From Trichomonas gallinae (Eukaryota): a DNA stretch of 64,000 nt. The notes beneath the pieces were generated by a model that saw nothing but the letters and a program-made list of their open reading frames with translations, did no database searches and was not told the origin of the DNA. Position numbers and translations under genes: made by a program. This document shows, piece by piece, positions 63,754-64,000 of the stretch (positions are counted from its first letter, which is position 1; the number at the start of each line of letters is the position of its first letter). Location of the stretch: positions 1 to 64,000 of the forward strand of contig MRSU01002291.1 in assembly GCA_008369845.1 (NCBI GenBank), read 5' to 3'.

Positions 63754-64000
63754 GCGAAAAAAAGAATGGTTCCAAAAATAACCGTAAATTAATCTCAAAA
63801 TTTGCGGTTAGAAGACTTAATTTTGTGAATCAGTTTTTTGTCCTTTTGAATTAATTGTTTTCTGTCTGCTGAGACATATTTTTCTATTTTTGAGGTATTT
63901 TAATAAGTATGGCATGTAAATTATATTTTTTGACAAATATTTCAGAAAATCACATTACATGTCAAATATTTTTTAAAATCATTCCAACAACATATACAAG

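Overview
AT-rich, gene-dense, apparently intron-free eukaryotic DNA, most consistent with a trichomonad parabasalid (Trichomonas-like). Support: Inr-like TCAYTTT motifs just before ATGs, M3/M5-like elements at ribosomal protein genes, TAAA overlapping many stop codons, and BspA-like and ankyrin families. About 29 coding regions are present: housekeeping genes (Grc3/Nol9, Hit1, Nup93, PP2A-A-like, Slx1, USP, Rpn12, eL42, eS27, thioredoxin-like, probable divergent Rtf1 and SNAPC1), kinases and lineage-specific membrane or coiled-coil proteins. Highlights: (1) a 16.9-kb, 5621-aa midasin-like six-AAA protein with a non-canonical tail of three VWA domains, a GAT/ThuA-like fold and a Q-rich end; (2) a ~140-nt multi-hairpin candidate ncRNA ending in a T7 run behind the eL42 gene; (3) a recurrent, often ~20-bp-phased upstream element TTTACAYGWCA; (4) an intact-looking Slx1 with no usable in-frame ATG. 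No transposon, tRNA, rRNA or CRISPR array was recognised. All protein calls come from motif recognition by eye, not database searches.
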